Below, in pieces: positions 11,244 through 20,870 of a stretch of 64,000 bases of DNA. This stretch comes from Candidatus Cloacimonadales bacterium (lineage in GTDB: Bacteria > Cloacimonadota > Cloacimonadia > Cloacimonadales > JAIOQZ01). The notes below the pieces were generated by a model. It ran no database searches. It saw nothing but the letters and a program-made list of their open reading frames with translations, and was not told the origin of the DNA. Position 1 is the first letter of the stretch. Each line of letters starts with the position of its first letter. Location of the stretch: positions 896,001 to 960,000 of the forward strand of contig CAXXTU010000002.1 in assembly GCA_963662655.2 (NCBI GenBank). Reading direction: 5' to 3'. The translations under genes were made by a program, and so were the position numbers.

Positions 11244-12026
11244 TTACCTTTCCAGACGCCGCTCCACAAACGCATACGCATTGTGGTTGTGTATGGATTC
11301 CATGTTTTCCGCTTCCACTCTGAAATACGTGATCCGCTCGTCGCTCTGCAGCTTCAGCGTCATCTCTCGAATGACATCCTCCACGAAGCGTGGATTGTCG
11401 AAGGCCTTCTCGGTCACGTACTTCTCGTCGACTCGCTTGAGCAGGGAAAAAATCTCGCAACTCGCAGCCGATTCCGCGTACTCGATCAGCTCTTCCAGCC
11501 ATATAAAGTCCTGGTAGGAAACCTTGATTCTAATCATAGAGCGCTGATTGTGAGCGCCGTATTCGCTGATCTCCTTCGAGCAGGGACACAACGTCGTTAC
11601 GGGAACCTCCACGCCGATCATGAGCTCGTAACCCTCCTTGCAGGAGGCCTCGAAGATGCACCGGTACGAGAGCAGCGATTCGATTCCCGATACGGGAGCT
11701 TTCTTGCGCACGAAGTACGGGAAACGGATCTTCGTGAAGGCGGCCTTCGCGTTGAGGGATTCCTTGATATCCTCGAGGAACGGCTTCAAATCGTTGATGA
11801 ACGTCTCTTCGTGGTAGCGGTTGAGCACTTCGATGAAGCGACTCATGTGCGTTCCGCGCTCCGTGTGCGGAAGCTGTACGTAAATGTCCAGATCGGCCGT
11901 CGTATGCTGAATCCGGTTGCTGCGATCCTCAACCACGATGGGGTACTGTATGTTCTTCACGCCAACGCGGTCGATGGTCACGTTGCGTGTATCTGTCTGA
12001 CTCTGAATGTCCGTCTTATTGTCCAT
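11244..12026 (-). CDS. folE2: GTP cyclohydrolase IB (FolE2)
   Basis: RGTHMSRF, TTLCPCSKEIS, AHNQRS, FVEDVIR and ESIHNHNA motifs. Confidence 0.95.
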   Translation of the reverse strand: MDNKTDIQSQTDTRNVTIDRVGVKNIQYPIVVEDRSNRIQHTTADLDIYVQLPHTERGTHMSRFIEVLNRYHEETFINDLKPFLEDIKESLNAKAAFTKIRFPYFVRKKAPVSGIESLLSYRCIFEASCKEGYELMIGVEVPVTTLCPCSKEISEYGAHNQRSMIRIKVSYQDFIWLEELIEYAESAASCEIFSLLKRVDEKYVTEKAFDNPRFVEDVIREMTLKLQSDERITYFRVEAENMESIHNHNAYAFVERRLER

Positions 12027-13032
12027 CTTCCGATTCCAGCAATTCTTTCACGCCGATGGTCTTCATGGAGATGATCTCGTCGCCGTCCTGGTAGTAGATA
12101 ATCGCGTTGATCTGCTCTCCGTCACGCTTCTCGTTGCATGACTTCGCCAGCTCGATCGCGTTTTCCGGTTCCAGCAGGAACATCGCGGTCGAGAGCGCGT
12201 CGGCGAGCGTAGCATTGGGAGCGATAACCGTCACGGAAATCGTATTTTGCGCAGGGAAACCGGTCTTGGGATTGATGATGTGATGATAGCGGACGCTGTC
12301 TTGAATGAAGAAGCGCTCGTAATCGCCGGAGGTAACCACAGCGCAGTTATCCAGATTGAGTATGGCGATCACATCCTCGCGGTCGCGCGGGTGACGTATC
12401 CCGACTCGCATTTTGCCGGTATCGCCGAAATAGCGGATATCGCCGCCGGCATTGATGTAGCCGGAGACAACGTCATGCTTCTGCAGGTATTCGACGGCAC
12501 GGTCGATGATGTAACCCTTGGCGACGCTTCCGAGGTTGATCTTGAAGCTGGCCGGCTTCGTGAGAATCTGCCCGTCCAGGTTGATTTTATCGAATCCGAC
12601 CTGACTCATGGCCTGAATAAGTGTCGCCGAATCGGGAACGATCTTCTGCTCGAAATCCCAGAGGTCGCTCAGCGCTCCGATGGAAAGGTCGTAGAGCGAA
12701 TCCGTTTTCGCATAGAGCCTTGCGCCCAACTCAAGCATGGACACGACGTCCGGCGATACGGTGAAAGCGTTTGTGTCCGCGCGATTCATCTCATATATTT
12801 CACTGCCCTCCTTGTAGTACGAGAGACGCTCTTCGTACCGGCTCATCAAAGCGAAGGCGCTGTCGACGAGCGCGTCAGCGTCTTTCGAGCAGGTTTCGAT
12901 CGATATCTCGACGAAGGTATCCAGCAGGATTTCAGATTTTTTTGTCTCGTAAGTTCTCGTCGTATACCGCCATGCCGCGAAGGCTATGACCAATATCAAC
13001 AGGGTCAACTGAAGTATTTCTTTACGTTTCAT
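12016..13032 (-). CDS. apbE: FAD:protein FMN transferase ApbE
   Basis: LGSVAKGYIID, NAGGD, TSGDYERFF, YHHIINPKTG and ADALSTA motifs; N-terminal TM anchor. Confidence 0.93.
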   Translation of the reverse strand: MKRKEILQLTLLILVIAFAAWRYTTRTYETKKSEILLDTFVEISIETCSKDADALVDSAFALMSRYEERLSYYKEGSEIYEMNRADTNAFTVSPDVVSMLELGARLYAKTDSLYDLSIGALSDLWDFEQKIVPDSATLIQAMSQVGFDKINLDGQILTKPASFKINLGSVAKGYIIDRAVEYLQKHDVVSGYINAGGDIRYFGDTGKMRVGIRHPRDREDVIAILNLDNCAVVTSGDYERFFIQDSVRYHHIINPKTGFPAQNTISVTVIAPNATLADALSTAMFLLEPENAIELAKSCNEKRDGEQINAIIYYQDGDEIISMKTIGVKELLESEDGQ

Positions 13033-13268
13033 ACCTTTCCTCGTTCAATAATTACATTTACCATAGTTTGTAAGAAAATTATATCGGCGATAATTGTCAA
13101 TGCTTTGTTGGCTGAATCGTAAATCGCGGACGAATAAAAGGTTAATGGCAGGTTGCTATCGTTGCATCAAGATAAATCGAAGCAACGGGAATTTATGCCT
13201 TATTTGATTTATTTTCAATATTTTAGAGTGATAATTGTAATTCATAGGATGATATATATTCACTCATC

Positions 13269-13988
13269 TTACTTATTAGCAGCATATATACGCTTGAGCT
13301 CGGCGATACTTGGCTCTTCCATATCGATCACCGTGAACCCCGATCCGATATCCTTGAGGTAGTGCGCGTCGGAGTTGCGAATCAGGGGATATCTCGCCGC
13401 CATTGGGAAAGCTGCGAGGAATTCATCGTCGTTGCATTTGGCGGTTATACCCAGCGCTTTGATGAGTGGATTGGGCGGAATGAATCCAAGCTGGCTAATC
13501 AGGCTGTAGGTGGTCGCGTTGACATGCGCGGGGAAGCCGAAACCGCCATGATCGTCGATCGATTGTAAGGTCTGATCGAGGTCCCACATGACGGAGTTCA
13601 GAAGCGCTTTTTCCTCGCATCGGACGATGTTCTCTTCGTCGTCCACCACCACCTGATCGCCAAAGTAGTCGGGATCGTTGGGGATTGGCGGAAGCGCTTC
13701 GTACAACTCCCGATCGAAGCTCATCGCCTTCTCCTCGTCGTCGAAGAGCCCGATGACGTGAATCTCTTCCATCGTCTGGATCTCCACGCCCCAGAAGCAA
13801 AATATACCCGCTTTCTCCGCGACGCGATGAAAGACGGAACTGTTCGCCATGGTGTTGTGATCCGTGATGGCAATGACGTCGAGCTTTTCTTCGCAAGCGC
13901 GCTTAATCACGGCTGTCGGAGACATTTCGAGCGAGCCGCAGGGCGAAAGGACGGAATGGATGTGGAGATCACACTTCCATTGTCTCAA
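13269..13988 (-). CDS. PHP-domain metal-dependent phosphoesterase (hydrogenase-cluster associated type)
   Basis: DLHIHSVLSPC, AITDHN, EEIH, PAH and NSDAH motifs. Confidence 0.9.
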   Translation of the reverse strand: MRQWKCDLHIHSVLSPCGSLEMSPTAVIKRACEEKLDVIAITDHNTMANSSVFHRVAEKAGIFCFWGVEIQTMEEIHVIGLFDDEEKAMSFDRELYEALPPIPNDPDYFGDQVVVDDEENIVRCEEKALLNSVMWDLDQTLQSIDDHGGFGFPAHVNATTYSLISQLGFIPPNPLIKALGITAKCNDDEFLAAFPMAARYPLIRNSDAHYLKDIGSGFTVIDMEEPSIAELKRIYAANK

Positions 13989-14347
13989 GAAGTGGGCTCC
14001 AGCTTCAATTCCCGGTAGAGCAGTCCCGAAATCTCAAATGTCGTGAGCGGACTCACGATGAGCGCAATACCCTCTTGTTGGGCTTTATCGATGATGGCGG
14101 CTTCCGGCTTGAGGTTCCTGGCGAACACGATGGCGGGAATTCCGGCCAGGGACGCAACCGCGATCACGTTGAGGTGCCGCATGATGGTTATCCAGAGCTG
14201 CCCGTCTTTCGCGTTGCCCATCACATCGCTAAGGAGATCCGAGACGTATCCACCGGTTATCGCGATGTTCTCCATCTCGTCGCTGGGAGTAATAAGCTCC
14301 CCCTGTATGATTTCCGTGAATTTTACAAGGTCAAGTTTCATAGTCAT
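13985..14347 (-). CDS. DRTGG-domain protein
   Basis: GGYVSDLLSDVMG...LWIT...NVIAVA...FEISGLLY; 4-bp overlap with the PHP gene. Confidence 0.85.
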   Translation of the reverse strand: MTMKLDLVKFTEIIQGELITPSDEMENIAITGGYVSDLLSDVMGNAKDGQLWITIMRHLNVIAVASLAGIPAIVFARNLKPEAAIIDKAQQEGIALIVSPLTTFEISGLLYRELKLEPTS

Positions 14348-14582
14348 TCACTCCAATTTTGTTATTCTGTTATTTGCAGGTGATACTATCTGGAGAGCAA
14401 AATCCATGTAAATAAAAAAAGCAATCTTTTTCGGTTATTACAAACATGGCAGCGGATGCAACGTAGAAATTGTCGTCCGATGCTCCACGCTTATCTTGAA
14501 AAATGAACAGAGTTAAACGATTCGTGAATGAAACCGCGACTTCAAGCAATTCGAGAAAGCTATAACAACAGGAAATTATCCA

Positions 14583-14611
14583 TTGACAACTGGCTTCAAA
14601 TTTCTTATCTT
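14583..14611 (+). promoter_or_regulatory. Sigma70-like promoter for the signalling operon
   Basis: TTGACA (14583-14588), 17-nt spacer, TATCTT (14606-14611), about 160 nt upstream of the kinase start. Confidence 0.55.
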
Positions 14612-14769
14612 ACCATTTGAAATGATGTAACTTACGCATTATATAAATGAGATGCGGAACTCATTGTGGGAGTTGCTGTTGTGGTTGCAGTACACTAATG
14701 GAGTATCTATGCTTTGAGCTCAAATCGCTACTGCCGGTTGTTTTCAATTCCCCAAGACAGGAGAAAAAC

Positions 14770-17481
14770 GTGATAAAAATGCCATTGAAGCTTCTTTATG
14801 TAGATGACGACCCGGAGATGAGGGCAATTGTCGGTGAAATGATGGAATCTCTGGCAGAAACCGTACTCCTCGCCGAGAACGGGCAGGAGGGTCTGGAACT
14901 CTATCATCAGCATCAACCGGACCTGGTGGTGACAGATATCCGAATGCCTGTGATGAACGGCCTGGAAATGATCCGCCGCATCCGCAAGGAAACGCAGGAA
15001 GCACGCTTCATCCTGATGTCGGCACACGAAGAAACGGACATCTTCCTTTCGGCTATTGACATCGGCGTCAATGGCTTCCTCATCAAACCTATCAATGGCA
15101 AGAAACTTGAGTCACTCATCCGCGAGATAGGAAAATCCGCAATACTGGAGAAGCAACTCCGCATCGAGGAACACCAGCGCATTCAGATGCAGAAAGCCCT
15201 CTATCAGAGCGAGCAGCGTCTGCAGATGGCTACCCAGGCCGGACGCGTCGGCGTATGGGAGTGGGATGTGGAAGCTAAGGAAATCTACTTCTTCCCCACC
15301 CTCAAAATGATCCTCGGGCTCCAGGAAAACGATATCGCGTACAAGATAGACAAACTGAGCGACTACCTGCCGGCATACGGCGCGAAAAGCTTCCTCCAGG
15401 CCGGATACGACCATCTGGAAGGGAAGCTGGATCAGCTTGAAATAGAAGAGCGCTTATTATATCCCAACGGCTTGATGCGTTGCGTACTCTTCCGCGGAAA
15501 AGCGCTTTATGACGACAAGGGCATTCCTACCAAAATCATAGGAACGGGAACCGATATTACTCAGCTCCGAATGATCGAAGACAATCTGAAGAATGAAAGA
15601 AACCTCTTCATGCAGGGCCCCGTCGTAATTCTCAGATGGGACAAGAACAATTCGGGCATGCAGCTCGAATACGTCTCGCCCAATTGCGAAGACATCATCG
15701 GATTCTCAAAGAAACAAATCCTATCGGAAGCGGGGGGTTTCGACAATCTCATCCACATGAGCGATCGCAAACGCGTGCAAGAGGAGCGCGAGTACTTCTT
15801 CTCCAAGCCCAACATCATGAATTTCGAGCATGAGCCGTTCAGGATCGTGCACATTGAGGGCGATGTGATTTGGGTGAAGATGTACATCACGATCATCCGC
15901 AACAAGCAAGGCGAATTCACCAACCTGCTCGGCTACGTCGTCGATATCACCGACCAGAAGCGATACGAGCAGGAGCTGCGAATCGCCAAGGATCAGGCGG
16001 AACGCGCCGCTACGGCCAAGAGCGAGTTCCTCGCCAATATGAGCCACGAAATCCGCACCCCCATGAACGCAGTCCTCGGCTTTGCCGAGCTCCTCGATTC
16101 GCTGGTGACCGACGAACGCCAGCGAAGTTACCTTCAATCAATCAAATCCAGCGGCAAGAATCTTCTAACGCTGATCAACGATATCCTCGACCTTTCCAAG
16201 ATTGAAGCCGGGAAACTGGAGCTCCAGTTCGAACCGGTGAGTCTCTACTCCCTCTTCGACGAGATCCGGCACATTTTTAACGTGAAGATTCAGGAGAAGG
16301 GCATCCAACTGTTGATCAACATCGACAGCGAGATACCCAAGAACCTCCTTCTCGACGAGGTACGTTTGCGACAGATCCTTTTCAACCTGATCGGTAACGC
16401 CGTAAAATTTACCGACCGCGGTCACATCAGCCTTTCAGCCGAAAAGCGTTCGGAAAGCGCCGACGGCAGCAAGATCGATCTCGTCTTCGAGATCGAAGAC
16501 ACCGGAATCGGTATTCCTATCGAATCCATCGAGAAGATATTCGAATCGTTCCGGCAACAGGACGGCCAGAGCACGAAGAAGTACGGCGGTACCGGCCTCG
16601 GCCTGACCATCACGAAACGGCTCGTCGAGATGATGAACGGAAGAATCGCCGTACGGAGCGTCCTGAACAAGGGCTCCGTATTCGAGATCGTGTTCAGCGA
16701 CGTCGCGGTATCCTCGAAGGTTGCGAAGACGAAGCGCGAGGATCTATTCGATCCCGACAATATCGCCTTCAAGCCGGCAATGGTTCTGATTGTCGACGAC
16801 ATCGAGAACAACCGTAATCTGGTTAAGGAATTCCTCCTGAATCAACCGCTGACGATTATCGAGGCGGAGGATGGCCAGAAGGCGATCGAAATGGCCAGGG
16901 AATACAAGCCGAAGATCATTTTTATGGACATCAGGATGCCCGTCATGAATGGTGATGAGGCTACGGAGATTTTGAAAAACGATGAAGAGACGAAGGATAT
17001 CAAAGTTATCGCGCTAACGGCTTCCGTGATGAAAAAAGACATTGATCAGATCATGGAGAAGGGCTTCGACTCCTTCCTGAGAAAGCCGGTGCAGCGCCTC
17101 GATCTCCTTAGAGAGCTTTCCCTGCACATCGAGAGCGATCAAACCGACATCGAAGAGCTGGATGTGCCGGAAGAACCGGCAATCTCCCTGGACGACATAG
17201 AGAACCTTCCCGAGAAGCTCGAAGAAATGAAGGAGAAATTCCTCAAGAAATTCGCGTCTGCACAGGCAAGCGGAGATATCGACGAGATCAGTATTTTCGC
17301 CGATCAGCTTCTCGAATACTCCTCCGAAGCGGAGATTCCCCCGGTGGAAGTGTTTGCCAGACAGCTCAAGACACATGTGAACAACTTTGATATCGAACGA
17401 ATGAACAATCTGTTCCAACGCTTTCCAGTATTATTCGAAGAGCTTGAACAAACCTGTAAGGACAGCGGAGGTAGCGAATGA
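14770..17481 (+). CDS. Cytoplasmic hybrid histidine kinase (REC-PAS-PAS-HisKA-HATPase-REC plus helical tail)
   Basis: LLYVDDD/TDIRMP receiver; two PAS/PAC domains; FLANMSHEIRTPMN; NLIGNAVKFT; DTGIG; GGTGLGL; second receiver FMDIRMP. Start placed at the GTG after AGGAG (the ORF track starts at 14647). Confidence 0.93.
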   Translation: MIKMPLKLLYVDDDPEMRAIVGEMMESLAETVLLAENGQEGLELYHQHQPDLVVTDIRMPVMNGLEMIRRIRKETQEARFILMSAHEETDIFLSAIDIGVNGFLIKPINGKKLESLIREIGKSAILEKQLRIEEHQRIQMQKALYQSEQRLQMATQAGRVGVWEWDVEAKEIYFFPTLKMILGLQENDIAYKIDKLSDYLPAYGAKSFLQAGYDHLEGKLDQLEIEERLLYPNGLMRCVLFRGKALYDDKGIPTKIIGTGTDITQLRMIEDNLKNERNLFMQGPVVILRWDKNNSGMQLEYVSPNCEDIIGFSKKQILSEAGGFDNLIHMSDRKRVQEEREYFFSKPNIMNFEHEPFRIVHIEGDVIWVKMYITIIRNKQGEFTNLLGYVVDITDQKRYEQELRIAKDQAERAATAKSEFLANMSHEIRTPMNAVLGFAELLDSLVTDERQRSYLQSIKSSGKNLLTLINDILDLSKIEAGKLELQFEPVSLYSLFDEIRHIFNVKIQEKGIQLLINIDSEIPKNLLLDEVRLRQILFNLIGNAVKFTDRGHISLSAEKRSESADGSKIDLVFEIEDTGIGIPIESIEKIFESFRQQDGQSTKKYGGTGLGLTITKRLVEMMNGRIAVRSVLNKGSVFEIVFSDVAVSSKVAKTKREDLFDPDNIAFKPAMVLIVDDIENNRNLVKEFLLNQPLTIIEAEDGQKAIEMAREYKPKIIFMDIRMPVMNGDEATEILKNDEETKDIKVIALTASVMKKDIDQIMEKGFDSFLRKPVQRLDLLRELSLHIESDQTDIEELDVPEEPAISLDDIENLPEKLEEMKEKFLKKFASAQASGDIDEISIFADQLLEYSSEAEIPPVEVFARQLKTHVNNFDIERMNNLFQRFPVLFEELEQTCKDSGGSE

Positions 17482-18632
17482 ACGACGAGAAATACAGGTT
17501 GCTGTTAGTCGATGATGTGCCCAACAATATAATGGTGGCAGGTAACATCCTGCGGAAAGTGAATTACTCGATCGTCTTTGCGACAAACGGCCAGGAAGCT
17601 CTCAACCGGGTGAAGAAAAACGATTTCGACCTGATCCTCCTGGATATCATGATGCCGGAAATGGACGGCTTCGAGGTCTGCCGCCGATTGAAAAACGATC
17701 CCCGCACGCGCGACATTCCCATCATATTTCTGACGGCGAAAATGGACACGGAAAGCATCGTCGAAGCGTACGATGTGGGCGGTCAGGATTTTGTGACCAA
17801 GCCTTTCAACGAGACGGAGCTGCTCGCGAGAATCAAGGTTCATCTGGAACTTAGCAAATCGCACGAGAAGCTCAAAAACATGAACGATAAACTACAGCAC
17901 GAGATAAAAGAACGCCGGCAACTCGAGGAAGAAATCCGCAAGACGAACGAGGAACTCGAACAGCGTGTCAAAGTGCGTACGGTCGAGTTGAGCAATGAGA
18001 TCGATCAGCGCAAAAAGACAAGCGATGAACTCAAGAAAACCAATGACCGCCTGAATGACCTGATGTTCGAGATCATCCTCACCATGGCGCGACTCGTCGA
18101 GGTTCGCGATCCCTACACCGCCGGACATCAGCATCGCGTATGGCAACTCGCGCATGCAATCGCCAACGAAATGAAGCTCGAGAAAAGCAGCATCGACGCG
18201 CTCCGGGCAGCAGCAATCGTTCACGATCTCGGCAAGATGTATATTCCTAGTGAAATCCTCTCCAAGCCAGGAAAACTCGAACCAGTGGAGTACGAATTCC
18301 TGAAACTGCACCCAACCAAAGGATATGACATTCTGAAAGCGATCGATTTCCCCTGGCCGGTGGCGAAAATCGTTTACCAGCATCACGAACGTATCAATGG
18401 AGAAGGCTATCCTTTGGGGCTTACCGGAGACGAGATTCTCCCCGAGGCGAAAATCATCGCCGTCGCGGATGTCGTGGAGGCAATATCTTCCCATCGTCCC
18501 TACAGGCCGTCTTTAGGCACGGAGTTTGCACTGGAACAGATAAAAAAAGATAGAGGAACCGCTTTTGATCCGGATGTTGTCGATGCGTGCTTGAGGGTAT
18601 TCGAGAACGGCTTCAGTTTCGAAAAGCAATGA
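17478..18632 (+). CDS. Response regulator with HD-GYP (cyclic dinucleotide phosphodiesterase) output
   Basis: Receiver LLDIMMPEMDG, coiled coil, RDPYTAGH, VHDLGK, HHERINGEGYPLGL, HRPYR. Confidence 0.93.
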   Translation: MNDEKYRLLLVDDVPNNIMVAGNILRKVNYSIVFATNGQEALNRVKKNDFDLILLDIMMPEMDGFEVCRRLKNDPRTRDIPIIFLTAKMDTESIVEAYDVGGQDFVTKPFNETELLARIKVHLELSKSHEKLKNMNDKLQHEIKERRQLEEEIRKTNEELEQRVKVRTVELSNEIDQRKKTSDELKKTNDRLNDLMFEIILTMARLVEVRDPYTAGHQHRVWQLAHAIANEMKLEKSSIDALRAAAIVHDLGKMYIPSEILSKPGKLEPVEYEFLKLHPTKGYDILKAIDFPWPVAKIVYQHHERINGEGYPLGLTGDEILPEAKIIAVADVVEAISSHRPYRPSLGTEFALEQIKKDRGTAFDPDVVDACLRVFENGFSFEKQ

Positions 18633-18646
18633 GGTAAAATTCATAT

Positions 18647-19528
18647 ATGAGCATGAACGAACCGAGTAAAATCGATATCACTGAGTTATTGAAGCAGGTC
18701 AATGGATCGTACATCTCAACGATCCGACAAAGCCTTATGGAGATTTTTCGCGTTATTAACGACCCCGGGACCAGCGCAAGGGATTTAACGGATATCATCG
18801 AGCACGATCCCCCACTCTGCGCGAAGGTCATACGCCTGGCTAATTCGGCGTATTTCGGAACACGCAGATACATAGACGAAATCAAGCAAGCCATTGTGTG
18901 GCTTGGATTCAACACGGTGAAAGAGCTGGCTCTGAGTCAGAAGATATGCGAACTCTTCCACGGCGCGGATCAGGTTATCGGGCATTATTCGCGGATGAAT
19001 CTCTGGAAGCACAGCGCAGCCGTCGCTTTGTGCGGCAAGATGATCTACCGTCGCGAGCTCAGGGACCCGGGTGAATCAGTCTATACCGCCGGATTATTGC
19101 ACGATATCGGAATCATTATTGAAGATCAGTTTCTTCACGAAGACTTTGCGAAGAACCTCCTCGAATCGGAAGAGAAAAAGGAAAATCTATACACGGTTGA
19201 ATTGAGAAACCAGGGTTTGACGCATCAGCGCTTGGGCTTTGCGATCACCGAGAACTGGGGTTTCCCCGAAACCCTCACCTTCGGAATCGGTTATCACCAT
19301 AATCCATTTGTCGCACAGCAGGGCAACAGGCAACTCAATCAGGTTCTTCACATCGCCAATTACATCTGCCAGAGGCTGGACATCGGCTACTCCGACGCGA
19401 TCTACTCCGAGCAGGATACCTACAACGAATGTCTGGGGAATCTGGGAATTGACGAAGTTTCGATCGAGCTTATCAGCGAAGACTTGATGAGCGAAATACT
19501 AAAAATGGAACAAAACGGGTGGTTTTAA
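18647..19528 (+). CDS. HDOD-domain protein
   Basis: DPPLCAKVIRLANSAYFG, LWKHS, AGLLHDIG, WGFP...YHH. Confidence 0.92.
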   Translation: MSMNEPSKIDITELLKQVNGSYISTIRQSLMEIFRVINDPGTSARDLTDIIEHDPPLCAKVIRLANSAYFGTRRYIDEIKQAIVWLGFNTVKELALSQKICELFHGADQVIGHYSRMNLWKHSAAVALCGKMIYRRELRDPGESVYTAGLLHDIGIIIEDQFLHEDFAKNLLESEEKKENLYTVELRNQGLTHQRLGFAITENWGFPETLTFGIGYHHNPFVAQQGNRQLNQVLHIANYICQRLDIGYSDAIYSEQDTYNECLGNLGIDEVSIELISEDLMSEILKMEQNGWF

Positions 19529-19531
19529 AAA

Positions 19532-20870
19532 GTGGCTGAGAAAACGAAAGACCAAATCATTGACGAATTGAAACAGCGCGAAAGGCTTCTGGAAACCAAG
19601 CTCCGGCATTTGGGAAACGATCTGGCAATGACGCGCCACGAGTATGAAGTAGCTGCAAACAAATACATGGAACTGATGAAAAGCCTCGAGGCTACAAATG
19701 CTGAACTGGCCCGAAAGAACCAGTTGATTACCGACCAGAACTTCGAAATCCGCGAGCAGCGCAATGAGCTGAAAACGCAATACCGATTCCTCCAGATCCT
19801 GCTTGACGATATCCCAAATCCGATATTCTACAAGAATCGCAACGGCGTCTATATCGGCTGTAACAAGGCATTCAAATCGTTCTTTGGACGCAAAGAGGAA
19901 GAGATCATCGGCAGAACGGAATATGATTTCTTTTCATCGGATATCGCCGATTACTATACGGAGCAGGATCGTGAATTGATGGCGACCAGCGGTGTTCAAC
20001 GCTACGATGCCAAAGTGATGGATAAAAATGGGAATCTTCACGACATTCTATACAACAAGAACGTGTTCTACGATCTCGAAGGCCGCGTGGCGGGTATCAT
20101 TGGCGTCATGGAGGACAACACGGATGTTCGCGAGGCGAACAAAGCGCTGATCGATTCCGAACGGAATTTAAAAGAAGCGAACGCCGCCAAAGACAAATTC
20201 TTCTCGATAATCGCCCACGCCCTGAAGAATCCATTGAACGCATTGCTACTCACCAGCGAGTTCCTTTCTCAGAAACTCACCTCGTTACCTCCCGCAAAGC
20301 AGCAGAGTCTCATCGACAATATTACGGACTCTACCAAGCGTCTCTCCAACCTGCTGGAGGACCTCCTCACCTGGGCGCGTACGCAGGTTGGCAAAATGCC
20401 GTTCTTCCCCGAGCAAATCGATCTGTATCAGATTGCCGAGGAGTGCATCGAGTTGTACGAATCGAACATCCGCGAGAAGCTCATTGATCTGACGAACGAG
20501 CTGGAGCCGGGCGACTACGCGTACGCCGACAAGAACATGATTCGGACGGTCATCAGGAACTTCATTTCGAACGCGATCAAGTTCTCCTACCGCGGCGGAA
20601 AGGTAACGATCGCGCGATCCACGAGCGAAGATTACATCGAGCTTACGGTTGCTGACAAGGGGGTTGGTATTTCCGATGAAGACAAGAACAAGCTGTTCCG
20701 AATCGATACGCATTTCACTTCACGCGGGACGGAAAACGAGATTGGAACTGGCCTCGGCTTGCTGTTGTGTTGCGAATTCGCGCGATCAGAATCGGGGCAA
20801 CGTATCCGTGGAGAGTCAGGAGGGTGAAGGCAGCACCTTCAAAGTCATACTGCCGAGAAGGGAAATCTAA
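19532..20870 (+). CDS. Cytoplasmic PAS-domain sensor histidine kinase (apparent +1 frameshift ~20783)
   Basis: PAS (IPNPIFYKN..CNKAF), H-box IIAHALKNP, NFISNAIKFS, GTGLGL. The canonical tail VESQEGEGSTFKVILP lies in the next frame (ORF 20649-20870). Confidence 0.88.

Noticed and set aside
10179..12074. 631-aa + strand ORF
   Set aside because: Antisense shadow of folE2 and the M16 peptidase; no motifs. Long antisense frames are common throughout this window.
14647..14769. Cys-rich N-terminal extension (MRCGTHCGSCCCGC) of the hybrid kinase
   Set aside because: No SD at 14647, whereas AGGAG precedes the GTG at 14770 where the receiver domain begins; probably untranslated leader.
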